Source: Pristiophorus japonicus (lineage: Eukaryota). From it: a stretch of DNA of 64,000 nt. The notes under the pieces were generated by a model, which did not search any database, was not told the origin of the DNA, and was given only the letters and a program-made list of their open reading frames with translations. The first letter of the stretch is position 1. Every line of letters starts with the position of its first letter. Position numbers and translations under genes: made by a program. Positions 37,740-51,096 of this stretch are shown one piece after another. Location: assembly GCF_044704955.1 (NCBI RefSeq), contig NC_091979.1:47988001-48052000 (forward strand), given 5' to 3'.

Positions 37740-40700
37740 CGGGGTGCACACATTTTCGATGAAATGTCCATCTATAATGCTAAATATAAAATGGAATGGC
37801 TTACCCGTAGCCATGGAACTGGACACTGGCGCTAGCCAATCCATCATGGATGTTTGAGAGACTGTGGTGCAACAAGGCACTCAGACCAGCCCTGAGCCCC
37901 ATCCACATGAAACTGAGAACGTGCACCAAAGAGCTCATCACTGTCCTGGGTAGCACCATGGTCAAGGTCACCTACGAGGGCCCGGTGCACGAAATGCCAC
38001 TACGGATTGTCCCGGGCGATGGCCCCACACTGCTTGGAAGGATCTGGCTGGGCAAAATCCGCTGGAACTGGGATGACATCCGAGCGCTTTCACATGTCGA
38101 TGAGGCCTCATGTACCCAGGTTCTTAACAAATTTCCTTCCCTTTTTGAGCCAGGCATTGGAAACTTTTCCGGGGTGTAGGTACGGATCCACTTGATCCCG
38201 AGGCACGACCCACTCACCACAAGGCGGGACCAGTACCTCACATGATGAGGGAGAGAGTGGAAATCGAGCTGGAAAGGCTGCAACATGAGGGCATCATCTC
38301 CCCAGTGGAATTCAGCGAGTGGGCCAGCCCGATTGTTCCAGTACTCAAAAGTGAGGGCACGGTCAGGATTTGCGGCGATTATAAAGTAACTATTAATCCT
38401 TTCTCGCTACAGGACCAATACCCGCTACCTAAGGCAGACAACCTATTTGCGACACTGGCAGGAGGCAAGACGTTCACCAAGCTCGACCTGACTTCGGCCT
38501 ACATGACGCAGGAGCTGGAGGAGTCTTCGAAGGGCATCACCTGCATCAACATGCACAAGGGACTGTTCATCTACAACAGATGCCCATTTGGAATTCGGTC
38601 GGCTGCAGCGATCTGCCAAAGAAACATGGAGGGCCTACTCAAGTCGGTAACACGCAAGGTGGTTTTTCAGGATGACATATTGGTCATGGTTCGGGACACC
38701 GCCGAGCACCTACAAAACCTGGAGGAGGTCCTCCAGCGACTGGATCGCATAGGGCTGCGGCTGAAGAGGTCGAACTGCTTCTTCATGGCAACAGAAGGGG
38801 AGTTTTTGGGGAGAAAGATCGCGGCGGATGGCATTCGGCCCACAGACGCCAAGACAGAGGCTATCAGGAACGCGCCCAGGCCACAGAACGTCACGGAGCT
38901 GCAGTCGTTCCTGCGACTCAACTATTTTGGTAACTTCCCACCGGTGTTAAGCACCCTCTTAGAGCCCCTACATATGTTATTGCGTAAAGGTGAGAACTGT
39001 GTATGGGGGAAAAAAACAAGTACTTGCTTTTGAGAAAGCCAGAAACATTTTATGCTCCATCAAGCTGCTTGTATTGTATAACCCATGTGAAAGACTTGTG
39101 CTAGCATGTGATACGTCGTCGTACAGAGTCGGGTATTACAACAAGCTAACATTGTGGGGAAGTTGCAACCTGTCACCTATGCTTCCAGGAGCTTGTCTAA
39201 GGCCTACAGCATGATTGAGAAAGAGGCATTAGCGTGTGTGTTCGGGGTAAAGAAAATGCATCAGTGCCTGTTTGGCCTCAAATTTCAGCTGGAAACCGAT
39301 CACAAACCCCTCATGTCCCTGTTTTCTGAAAACAAGGGGGTAAAAACTATTGCCTCAGCCCGCATACAAAGGTGGGCACTCGCGCTATCAGCTTATAACT
39401 ATACCATCCGCCACAGGCCAGGCAGAAAGAACTGTGCGGATGCTCTCAGTTGGCTACCATTGCCCACCACGAGGGTGGAAATGGCGCAGCTTGCAAACTT
39501 GTTGATGGTGGCGCAGCCCGCAGACTTGTTGATGGTCATGGAAGCGCTTGAAAATGATAAATCACTTGTCACGGCCCGCCAGATTAGGACTTGGACCAGC
39601 CAAGATCCTCTGCTGTCCCTAGTAAGAATCTGTGTATTGCATGGGAGCTGGGCCAGCATCCCCGTTGAAATGCAAGAGCTAATCAAGCCGCTCCAGCGGC
39701 GAAAGGACGAGCTGTCCATTGAGGCAGACTGCCTGTTGTGGGATAATCCAAAAAGGGCAGTGAGACGTTCATCTCGGATCTCCACAGCACTCACCCGGGT
39801 ATAGTAATGATGAAAGCAATAGCCGGATCCCACGTGTGGTGGCCCGGTATCGACTCTGACTTCGAGTCCTGTATACGGCAATGTCGCGTGTGTGCTCAGT
39901 TGAGCAATGCACCCAGAGAGGCACCACTAAGTTTGTGGTCCTGGCCCTCCAGACCATGGTCGAGGATCCATATCGACTATGCATTTCTCGGTAAAATATT
40001 CCTGGTGGTGGAGGATGCTTTTTCAAAATGGATTGAATGTGAAATAATGTCGGGAAGCACCACCACAGCCACCATTAAAAGCCTGAGGGGCATGTTTGCC
40101 ACCCACGGCCTGCCTGACATACTGGTCAGTGACAACGGGCCATGTTTCACCAGTGTTGAATGTAAAAGGAGCAAGAGTCTCCTCTTTTTAATTGCTCTTT
40201 ATGTTTCTATAATGGGGTACTGAAGTTGCATGTTTAGCCATGAACTCATTGAATGGCGTTGCAGGCTAGAAGGGCCGAATGGCCTACTCCTGCACCTATT
40301 TTCTATGTTTCTATGTAAAGAATTCATGACCCGCAATGGGATCAAACATGTCACCTCGGCCCCGTTTAAACCAGCCTCCAATGGGCAGGCAGAGGGGGCA
40401 GTACAAACAATTAAACAGAGCCTTAAACGAGTCACAGAAGGCTCACTCCAAACCCACCTGTCCCGAGTACTGCTGAGCTACCACATGAGACCCCACTCGC
40501 TCACAGGGGTGCCCCCGGCTGAGCTGCTCATGAAAAGGACACTTAAAACCAGACTCTCGCTGGTTCACTCCAACCTGCATGATCAGGTAGAGAGCAGGCG
40601 GCAGCAACAAAATGTAAACGATGGTCGCACCACTATGTCACGGGAAATTGATCTGAATGACCCTGTGTACGTGCTAAACTACGGGCTTGGTCCCAAGTGG

Positions 40701-41066
40701 ATCGCGGGCACAGTGATAGCTGAAGAATGGAATAGGTTGTTTGTAGTCAAACTAGACAATGGATAAATTTGCAGAAAGCACCTGGACCAAACGAGGCTGC
40801 GGTTCACAGACTGCCCTGAACAACCCACAGCAGACACCACCTTTTTTGAGCCCACAACACACACCCAAAGGATCAACGACACCAAGCCGGACCAGGAAAT
40901 CGAACCCATCACGTCCAACAGCCCAGCAAGGCCAGGCTCACCCAGCAGCTCTGCAGGGCCAACAACACGCCAGCCCAGCGAGGGCACAGCCAAAACACCA
41001 GAACAGACATTTGTACCGATGCGGTCCACGAGGGAAAGAAAGGCTCCCGACCGCCTCACCTTGTAA
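37740..41066 (+). pseudogene. Gypsy pol (protease, RT, RNase H, integrase), frameshifted; CR1 tail insert at ~40165-40315
   Basis: MELDTGA protease; WASPIVPV..RICGDY, VVFQDDIL; ETDHKPL; LVSDNGPCF, PASNGQAE. Confidence 0.92.
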
Positions 41067-41100
41067 ATAGTTTTCACTTTGACTTTGGAGGGGGGAGTAA

Positions 41101-41310
41101 TGTTTTGTATCTGTAAAGCATGTACTCCCATGTTCCGCCACCAGGGAGCGCATCCCCTGAAGTCCCAAGGGATCCCAGCATCCCTTGGGAGCACTGTATA
41201 TAAGCCGGCCCCAAGGCCTGTTCCTCTCTCTGGAGTGTCTTAATAAAGTCTGAGGTGACTGTTACCTTAACCTCCCTGTGTGCAGTCTCATCTGTGTTCG
41301 GAACACAATA
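41101..41310 (+). repeat. Gypsy 3' LTR
   Basis: Preceded by a polypurine tract; contains tatataa and aataaa. Confidence 0.92.
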
Positions 41311-42914
41311 AACTCCACTTGATACCCGAGGACAGCATAAGAGCAGCCCAGCTCAGGTTAACTTTACTCAAGGCAATGCAATGCCTGTGAATGGCAGAGC
41401 ACCTTCAGGCCTTGCAAGATTGCACACATGCAGGCTGGACAAGAGCAGACCCCTGTCCCTACATGTACTGTGAAAGTTGGGCTGGAAAAGCTGAATGTCC
41501 ACACAAAATGTATTGCAACTGTCCCTTTTCATCTGTCACACATGAGATCGTTGAGCTAGTTTTCAGAGAAAAACAAACTGAATTGCAGAATGTGATCCCA
41601 AAACACCAATAAAAATCTGGAAATTTAATGTAAAAATAGAAGGATTTAACAGTCGGTTGTTTTGAAGCAATGGTCTGGTTTGTCAGTTGTGTGTTGTTTT
41701 TTTGAGTGGTCACCGTTTTTGGAAATGGATGGTCAGTTGTTGTGAGTTTTGTCGGTTGGAATGTGTCATTTTCCCAGGGGTAAGTAAGCAGTGAGTGGTT
41801 GATGGGTCAGCGGGGTGGGAAGCTGCAGAAGAAGAGAACAGGGGGTGGAAATGAGGAGCAGAATGAAGGTAGTGAGCCATCATTAATTGTTCTCCCCCTG
41901 AAGTTTTACGGAAGTGCATATTGTGGTCATATTGCAATTTTACATTGGCAAGTACAGTACAAGTGCAGAAAGAGGTTTAAGATTCCCCAGTCAGTGTTGA
42001 ATCCTATATGTCGGAAATTCCAGAAGCTGTGTAATTGCTGGTGGTGACCGAGGAAAGTCTTGAACATGTTTAAGTGCTTTTACTTTCATAGTTCAGCCAT
42101 GAACTCATTGAATGGCGGTGCAGGCTAGAAGGGCCGAATGGCCTACTCCTGCACCTATTTTCTATGTTTCTATGAATCAAGTGTTTCAACAACTTAAAAC
42201 TCTGTCACGGTCAGGCATATGGCGTTTGTAATTTCCTCAGTGCAGGTGAATAGATGGTCAGGGAGGGTGGGAAACAGGTGGGCAGTTGAATCAGGGAGGA
42301 CGGCTGCAGTGGGCATGGAGAGATGCGAGACCACTTCACTGCTCTGGGCAGCAGAGGGGGCAGCAGAGAATGGGCATGCAACATGCCTCCCCTTTACATG
42401 CCTCAGCTGGATGGCGCTGCAGCATCACGTGCCTTTTGTGACTGACAGAGACTGCGGTTCTCCTATTGGACTGTGCAGCCACCTAAGAACTCATGTTAAG
42501 TGGGAAAGCAAGTCTTCCTCGATTCCGAGGGACTGCCTATGATGATGATGATGATCACGTGACTTTAAGACAGTGCTGAGAGGACTCATTGAGAGGTAAG
42601 TACAATAAATTGGTGTTTAAACAGAACAGAAAGGAGTGACAGAATTATATCACAGAAGATAAGTATGACACTTGCAGGAAGTGCATGCTACGCACAAGAC
42701 TTTAAAAATCTTAGATAGCTAGATAGATCACGCTAAACACAAACATTGATTTAAGCATTTTAAGGTGGCACGGTCAGTGGTAATATCAATTCCTTCATAG
42801 CGCACTGAAAGTGCAGATCTAGAACAGGCCATCTGGAGGTGGCCTTCTAACCCAATGCACAGGAAAAGCATTTGTTCTTTTCTATAGCCCTCCCCCCTCC
42901 CCTCCCCCATATCT

Positions 42915-45632
42915 AGAAATTAGGAATATTCAGGAAGGGTGAACAGAAAGGAAAAGGAGGTGGTGTAGCGTTGCTGGTTAAAGAGGAGATTAACGCAATA
43001 GTAAGGAAGGACATTAACTTGGATGATGTGGAATCGGTATGGGTGGAGCTGCGGAACACCAAGGGACAGAAAATGCTAGTGGGAGTTGTGTACAGACCAC
43101 CAAACAGTAGTAGTGAGGTTGGGGACAGCATCAAACAAGAAATTAGGGATGCATGCAATAAAGGTACAGCAGTTATCATGGGCGACTTTAATTTACATAT
43201 TAATTGGGCTAACCAAACTGGTATAGTACGGTGGAGGAGGATTTCCTGGAGTGTATTAGGGATGGTTTTCTAGACCAATATGTTGAGGGACCAACTAGAG
43301 GGCTGGCCATTCTAGACTGGGTGATGTGTAATGAGAAAGGACAACGAAGCAATCTTGTTGTGCGACGCCCCTTGGGAAGAGTGACCATAATATGGTTGAA
43401 TTCTTCATTAAGATGGAGAGTGACACATTTAATTCAGAGACTAGGGTCCTGAACTTAAAGAATGATAACTTCAATGGTATGAGACGTGAATTGGCTAAGA
43501 AAGATTGGTGAATGATTCTTAAACTGTTGACGGTGGATCGGCAATGGCAGACATTTAAAGATCACATGGATGAACTTCAACAATTGTACATCCCTGTCTG
43601 GCGTAAAAATAAAACAGGGAAGGTGGCTCAACTGTGGCTAACAAGGGAAATTAGGGATAGTGTTAAATCCAAGGAACAGCCATATAAATTGGCCAGAAAA
43701 AGCAGCAAACTTGCAAGGAGAAATTTAGAATTCAGCAGAGGAGATCAAAGGCTTTAAGTAGGAGGGGGAAAATAGAGTTTGACAGTAAGCTTGCAGGGAA
43801 CATAAAAACTGACTGCAAAAGCTTCTATAGATATGTGAAGAGAAAAAGAATAGTGAATACAAATGTAGGTCACTTGCAGTCAGAATCAAGTGAATTTACA
43901 ATGGGGAACAAAGAAATGGCAGACCAATTGAACAAATACTTTGGTTCACTAAGGAAGACACAAATAACCTTCCAGATATACTAGGGGGCCGAGGGTCTAG
44001 TGAGAAGGAGGAACTGAAGGAAATCCTTATTAGTCAGGAAATTGTGTTAGGGAAATTGATGAGATTGAAGGCCGATAAATCCCCAGGGCCTGATAGTCTG
44101 CATCCCAGAGTACTTAAGGAAGTGGCCCTAGAAATAGTGGATGGATTGGTGGTCATTTTCGAACATTCTATAAACTCTGGATCAGTTCCTATGGATTGGA
44201 AGGTAGCTAATGTAACCCCACTTTTTAAAAAAGGAGGGAGAAAACAGGGATTTATAGACCGGTTAGCCTGACATCGGTAGTGGGGAAAATGTTGGAATCA
44301 ATTATTAAAGATGAAATAGCAGCGCATTTGGAAAGCAGTAACAGAATCAGTCCAAGTCAGCATGGATTTATGAAAGGGAAATCATGCTTGAAAAATCTTC
44401 TGGAATTTTTTGAGGATGTAATTAGCAGAGTAGACAAGGGAAAACCAGTGGATGTGGTCTATTTTGGACTTTCAAAAGGCTTTAGACCAGGTCCCACACA
44501 AGAGATTAGTGTGCAAGATTAAAGCACATGTTAATGGGGGTAATGTATTGACACAGATAGAGAACTGGTTGGCAGACAGGAAACAAATAGTAGGAATAAA
44601 CGGGTCCTTTTCAGAATGGCAGGCAGTGACTAGTGGTGTACCGCAAGGTTCAGTGCTGGGACCCCAGCTATTTACAATATACATTAATGATTTAGATGAA
44701 GGAATTGAATGTAATATCTCCAAGTTTGCAGATGGCATTAAGCTGGGTGGCAGTGTAAGCTGTGAGGAGGATGCTCAGAGGCTGCAGGGTGACTTGGACA
44801 GGTTAGGGGAGTGGGCAAATGCATGGCAGATGCAGTATAATGTAGATAAATGTGAGGTTATCCACTTTGGTGGCAAAACAGGAAGGCAGAATATTATCTG
44901 AATGGTGACAGATTAAGAAAAGGGGAGGTGCAACGAGACCTGGGTGTCATGGTACATCAGTCATTGAATGTTGGCATGCAGGTACAGCAGGCGTTGAAGG
45001 CAGCAAATGGCATGTTGGCCTTCATAGCCAGAGGATTTGAGTATAGGAGCAGGGAGGTCTTACTGCAGTTGTACAGGGCTTTGGTGAGGCCACACCTTAA
45101 ATATTGTGTGCAGTTTTGGTCTCCTAATCTCAGGAAGGACATTCTTGCTATTGAGGGAGTGCAGCGAAGTTTCACTAGACTGATTCCCAGGATGGCAGGA
45201 CTGACATATGAAGAAAGACTGGAATTTAGAAGAATGAGAGGGGATCTCATTGAAACATATAAAATTCTGACAGGATTGGACAGGTTAGATGCAGGAAGAT
45301 TGTTCCCGATGTTGGGGAAGTCCAGAACCAGGGGTCACAGTCTAAGGATAAGGGGTAAGCCATTTAGGACCGAGATGAGGAGGAACTTCTTCACTCAGAG
45401 AATTGTGAACCAGTGGAACTCTCTACCACAGAAAGTTGTTGAGGCCAGTTCGTTAGATATATTCAAAAGGGAGTTAGATGTGACCCTTACGGCTAAAGGG
45501 ATCAAGGGGTATGGAGAGAAAGCAGGAATGGGGTACTGTAGTTGCATGATCAGCTATGATCATATTGAATGGTGGTGCAGGCTCGAAGGGCCGAATGGCC
45601 GACTCCTGCACCTATTTTCTATGTTTCTATGA
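42915..45632 (+). mobile_element. CR1 LINE, 5'-truncated ORF2 (APE to RT) and tail
   Basis: Series of frameshifted ORFs with GVVYRPP, KSPGPD, QHGF, SGVPQGSVLGP. Confidence 0.93.
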
Positions 45633-46592
45633 ATCCAAGGAATAGCTTTTGTTACCAGTAGGCTTCTCAGTCAAATGCCCGTCATCAGTTACTGCTGCTT
45701 CCTACTTCTATTGTCTTGTTCAACAATATTCCTCCCTAGGATGGAAACTTCAATGGCCCAAAGAGAAAATCTCCATGTTTTAATCGGCACAGACTATAGG
45801 CATTTCCTTCTGTCATACCATTAGCTTTACTTGCACACAAGCTTGGCTCAATTGGTAGCACTGTTGTCTCTGGATTAGTAGTTAGCGGGATCAAGGCCCA
45901 CACCAGTACTTGCGTTAGATTGACGCTTCTGAGGGAGGGACTACCCGAATAGAAGTGCCATTGAATGAGATCGAGCCGATGTTAAAGATCTTGTGCCACT
46001 ATTTAAAGACAAGCAGCAAAAGAGTCCTGCTCAATATTCTTACCTCAAGCCAAAACACCAAGAGCACGTGGGATTTTGCTAGTGCAGGATGGTTGCTGCA
46101 TTTGTCCAAATAATAACACTCATTACGGTCCAAAAATTAATTTATTGTGTAAAATGCTTTTGGATGCGTTTTTCATTTTTTCTTTCTTTGATTTAAACAG
46201 GGGACTCCTATCCTCAGATACAGAGCATAACTTCAAAGCATAATTGCCCGTCATTACAATTTCATCTTCTGGTCACAAAGGAGTAGGACACCACCAGCCA
46301 GTGCTCTCATATTGTTTGCAAACATGCAAAATCTACCTTCAACCATGACATAGTAACAAAGAAATCCGTCTCAATTAAATAGTTATAAATGCTTTTGCGT
46401 TATGTTTTTATGGCTGACGATAGTTTTCCCTTTTTTTTGTCTTATTGCCAGCGGATATTTTACCTTGCGTAGAAGAAAATTATTTCTGACAACTACCATC
46501 CGCCATATTGTCACCATAGAAATAGCGTTACAACATAAATAGCAGTTTCAGGCAAAGAAGGGCGGGGGGAGGGGGATTGCGGGATATACATT

Positions 46593-47142
46593 GGGCCGGA
46601 TTTTTGAGAAGTTTGTGACCGGGTTTTCGCCGCGATTTGACCCTCCGCGGCGAAAACCCGATCGCATAGCCCAGGCGGGATCCTCGCGTACCTGTTTGCG
46701 GCGGCGCTTCCAAGTACTGCCGAGGAGAGGTGCGCCGATGCGCAATGACTCGGATTGTGTTTGCGCCCAAGTTTCGGCACTCTACTGACCCGTACGTCGC
46801 GCCCAGAATACCGACAGATCAAACTTGTCGGTGCAGTTCTGCCAGCAACGCTGAGTACGTAAACCTGCAAAAAAGGTAAGTTAAAGTTTTTATTTTTTTG
46901 CAGCGATTAGATAGTTATGGGTCTGGTAAATGTTTTTGGAATGTTTTTTTGAATTTTTTCCCCCCCCTCCCAAGCGCTCCCGGCCCCGGACTAAAGTTGC
47001 CAAAATTCACAGTATGCGCTGCGAATGCTAGTGCAACGGCTCCCTTACCGATCGCAAAGGCCGAAATTTCGGCCTAAAAATAGTAGCGCAGCGAAAACGG
47101 TAGCGATACACCGAAAAACCCTGAAAGCCGAGAATCTGGCTC
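46593..47142. mobile_element. Harbinger-type MITE with 3-bp TSD (ATT)
   Basis: TIR gggccggattt ... gaatctggctc, flanked by att on both sides. Confidence 0.7.
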
Positions 47143-47925
47143 ATTGTGATCAATTTTGAGGAAATTGTACAAAATGTTTGCAAAGTTACTTCTTAAAATG
47201 TGCATTTTTGCTCCTCTGACTTTATCCAGCGAATAGCTAATTCAAAAGTCCCAAAGATCCCAAGCTCAGTCTTTGGTCTTTCCTGAGTTAGTTGATTTCT
47301 GCCTCGGCCACGTTAGGGGAAGCTATAATAGGCCTCAGTACACCAGGGTTAAAAGAGGGAAAGGTTGGTCATGGTTTCTGCTCCAGATCACCGTCCAGTA
47401 ACTCCCGCTGGAAATGCACATGTGTGAAGACCAGGTAAGGATGGCTGTGATAGTCTATGGCCGAACAGCTTGCAGACATGCACTGCTGTGGTTTGTTCAT
47501 GAATTATAACCACTTAGGCTAGGTGCCAGAAGGCAACGGGGTGTCCATGACGCTAAACTTCGCAAATTGATCAACACTTTCAACAGAGGAACAGAGGGCA
47601 GAAAAATTGACTCAGAAAAAAAAAAGAAAATCTGTATTTATCTTCTATAAGAGTGCGGTGAATGTCCTGTGACTTTCCTTATTTGACCCTGAAGAGTCAC
47701 TGACCCGAGGGCAGCAGTCAGTTCCAACAGCACTTTTTTACATCAGATCAGATCCCAGTCCAGTCTTTGTGCACAAAATGACAGCATGCACCGATCACCG
47801 GCCGGTGCAGATATCTGGGAATATTTTTGAAGAAGACGCCTTTTTTTTCCAAAGTCTAAAGAAGGCCTTGGTCACTGTCGCTGATGCGTGTAAAGAATCG
47901 AACTAGCCTCCCACCAGCTGCAGTG

Positions 47926-48096
47926 TCATACCAGCAGAACAACGAGCAGCGCTGTGGTGATCCAGGTTATGCTCAGCACCCTACTGTTGGCAGATGAAGA
48001 GAACCTGTGGAGCTGTTTAGCCACAAATACTGCATTTGTGTGGTTTGTTGGCACTTCGATGTTGCAGATCATTCCTTCGCAACAGGAAATGCACTC
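47926..48096 (-). CDS. LYPD6B: LYPD6B terminal coding exon (end of LU/three-finger domain plus GPI-anchor signal)
   Basis: Translates ECISCCEGMICNIEVPTNHTNAVFVAKQLHRFSSSANSRVLSITWITTALLVVLLV*, matching the recalled LYPD6B motif CCEGMICNVELPTNHTNAVF. Acceptor is tttttgtttcAG, phase 0, 171 nt, with a hydrophobic C-terminus. Confidence 0.95.
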   Translation of the reverse strand, partial: ECISCCEGMICNIEVPTNHTNAVFVAKQLHRFSSSANSRVLSITWITTALLVVLLV

Positions 48097-49244
48097 CTGA
48101 AACAAAAACAAAATGCTTCCTGGTTAAACATTTCCACTGTAGTTGCATTCCCCTCCTTCCAGTGCGCACATAAGAGACATCTGTTCCCAGTGTCGTTCAC
48201 TCACTGCTTGAGGTCGCACAAGTCTATTGAGAAAACTGTCAGAGCCCAACTCATTTTGTTTCAATTGCTTCTATTCATAACTGGTCAAAGAGTTTGGCCA
48301 CATTTTTCAATATTAGATATAGAAAAGCCAGCTGATTAAGTCTGGAGCATGTTTTGAGAAAGGGGGCGGCACAGGGCATAGGCAGTGTCCTTTTGCCCTT
48401 CTGGCCTGGGTTTAAATCCAGCTAAGGCGAAAAGGAAGGAAATCATCTCTCGACATTGACTGTAAAAGTCCAACGTGAATTTGAGCAACTTCAAAACCTG
48501 TTTTTAAATGTGCACTGGGGTACAACAGGAAACTGTGGTACAACAGGAAATTGTGGTCTCTAATTTGGCAATCTTAGTCACAGGTACCTCAGGGATGGCT
48601 CGTGTGGGAAATAGGAAATGTCACAATGGTGCAAAAGGAAGGTTTTAAACCGAGTTCGGGTATGAAGTGGAAAGAACTTTATTTTACATCAAACTGTGCT
48701 TGATGTTGGTAATGGGTTCCCAAAATAGAAATCATTCCATTTCCAGGCACAAACGTCCTTTGATAAAGAGAAAAAAAATCATTATTCTCCGAATAGCCTC
48801 CTTCTGTGCCGTAAATTTCTATTATTCATGGGGCAAATTTTCCTCTCTAATTTTAGTGATAAAGTAGATGTGAGCATAAAGCAGTGTCCCCTGCTTTATA
48901 TTTACTTTTAAATCATGCTCGACTCCGAGGGACTGTCTTAGAGAGATATTTACTTTTACTTTTTGTGCTAAAATTTGCAAACGGAGACAAATATAGGCCA
49001 ATATTATACAGTTCGTGTGGCATCGCTCAGAGAGAACTATCCAGTTGGTCTCAGAGCATCAATCATATTGGATTACCATTAGGATTTGTTACAGTTAAGT
49101 ATGCTTGAAAGGGATGGGATTAGGAACATATCCCATATGTAAGTATCCATCTTACAGGTGACTAAACTATAAACAACCAGAGTTTTAAAACTAAACCTAC
49201 CAAGGTTATCAACAGCTGTTTTGCACCATTTCAAAAGTATTGAA

Positions 49245-49877
49245 GGGCTGGATTTTCATTACCATCTATTTCACGGCATTATTCATGGCGGGGCAGTAAT
49301 TATAGCGCCCGAAAAAGTTTGTGTCTCAGTCTGCAAAATTCACCAGCTGGGCCCTGAGGGTGGGGCGGAGCACTAAGGCAGGAATTACACACCTCTTTTA
49401 GGGCATATGCAACTGAATATCCATTGCTAAAGAGCCAGCCTCGGAGCGCCTTAAGAGAGGTTTCTGTGGCAATAAAAAATCGCAATTAAAAACACAACAA
49501 ACATTCCCAATACCTTAAACTCCCCATGATAAGCTACATCACAAAAATAAAATGAAACAAATCAATCAAACTTATCTAATTCACCAATTCCATCACTCCT
49601 GCCACCAGGACAGCTCTGGCCGCCTGGTTGTCCAGGCAGTCCCACTACGGGCCCTATCGGGTCAGCGCACAACAAGCTTTAATGCGCAGTCGAAACCGGT
49701 GGCGTTGCACGCCGGCTCGACACTCCCGGGTGGTGATGCTCTGTGCCCCCGCAAAACCAGCAACTAATTTGCCAGCGGGGCACGGGGAGCTGGCCGCCCG
49801 CCCGGAAAGCATTTCCTCCGCCATTACCGCTCCTCCGGGGCGTGAACAGAGGCGGCAACATAATGAAAATCCAGCCC
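49245..49877. mobile_element. Harbinger-type MITE in the LYPD6B last intron
   Basis: Perfect 17-bp TIR gggctggattttcatta / taatgaaaatccagccc; flanks gaa/gta. Confidence 0.85.
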
Positions 49878-50071
49878 GTAATATTTCTGTTCTGATGAAG
49901 ATGGAATTTATTTGTAATTTAATTTACTCATTGCATAACCAGGGCTTTAACAGGGAACACTGGCAGAACTGCCGACGAGTTAATACATGGTCACCTTTGG
50001 TATTATACTTGATCGAATCCTACAGAACAGAAGGCGGCCATTTGGTCCATCGTGCCTGTGCCAGTACTTAC

Positions 50072-50202
50072 TGTATGACCAAACTTCCTCATGTGATGGC
50101 AGCCAACAGAACGACATTCCTCCTTTGAAACACACCTCTTTGAGACTGATTCACTCCTGCCATGGCTTGTAAACCTGTGGACTGTAAGGCAATACTCTGT
50201 AT
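50072..50202 (-). CDS. LYPD6B: LYPD6B penultimate coding exon (LU domain)
   Basis: Translates (D)TEYCLTVHRFTSHGRSESVSKRCVSKEECRSVGCHHMRKFGHT, matching recalled LYPD6B TQYCLTVHHFTSHGRSTSITKKC...VGCHH. Acceptor ggcacAG, donor GTAAGT, 131 nt, phase-compatible with the terminal exon. Confidence 0.95.
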
Positions 50203-51096
50203 CTGTGCCATAAAAAGACAAAAATGAAGATTTAGGACTATTTTGCCATTTACAAACCACTCTTGAGCCATAAAAACAAGTCAACCAAAGTTTCTCAGGA
50301 TTTTTTTTTCTCTATATAGTACTATAATAAACATTACCCTGTCCATAAAAAAAAAACATTTAGTTGCTCATAAAGTGTAAATTCCTAATGTTGGTCCTCT
50401 TAGGCAAATAAAGAACAGCTTATTGCATGAATGGAATGACAATTACTATCCTAATACCTGGTTAAAGCTGTAACAATGTCTCCAGGTCACATACTTTTAC
50501 TCCTCGGTCATGACATTTTCTGCATTTTTCTCCATTAGGTTTTTATCTTACAAAAATGCTCACGACCTTTTGACAACTTTTCACGCTAGTTTATTCTCAG
50601 ATCTAAACCCACAGAGTAGGTTCCATTATGAGGTATTCCCTTTCCTGAGTTTCTGTAGGTGATATTGCTATAATGAAGCTTCTGTCAGGATCAGTTTGAA
50701 GTATTAACATTCCATGTTGCTTTATACATCATATGCAATTAAGTTATCACTGAAAGCATACACTAAATGATTCTTCTTCTCTCCTTTTTCTGTCAATTTT
50801 CTTTCCTTCCCTCTCAACGTCATTTACTACTTGCTAAGTTATGCTTTTGCAGGCAATAATTACCCACCAGTTCTTCTCCATTTTTTTATGAGCCTTGGCA
50901 GGGAGTGTTGGAATGCCGTTTGACTCTAAAGTTTCAGGTTGAACCTGAACCCATCTTCACCAGAAGCTTCCACATGCAGAGGGGTCTCTTGGCTGGTTTC
51001 CCCTTTGCCAAGGGGCACCGAGGCCATTTCTATCATAGAAACATACAGCACAGAAGGAGTTCATTCGGCCCATCATGCCTGTGCCAGCTCTTTTGA

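Larger units (their letters stand above)
28907..41310 (+). mobile_element. Full-length Gypsy (Ty3/Metaviridae) LTR retrotransposon, decayed, with nested CR1 insertions
   Basis: Paired LTRs, TSD aactc (28902-28906, 41311-41315), PBS-like tgccaacgag, PPT ggagggggga, and gag-PR-RT-RH-IN order. Confidence 0.95.
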
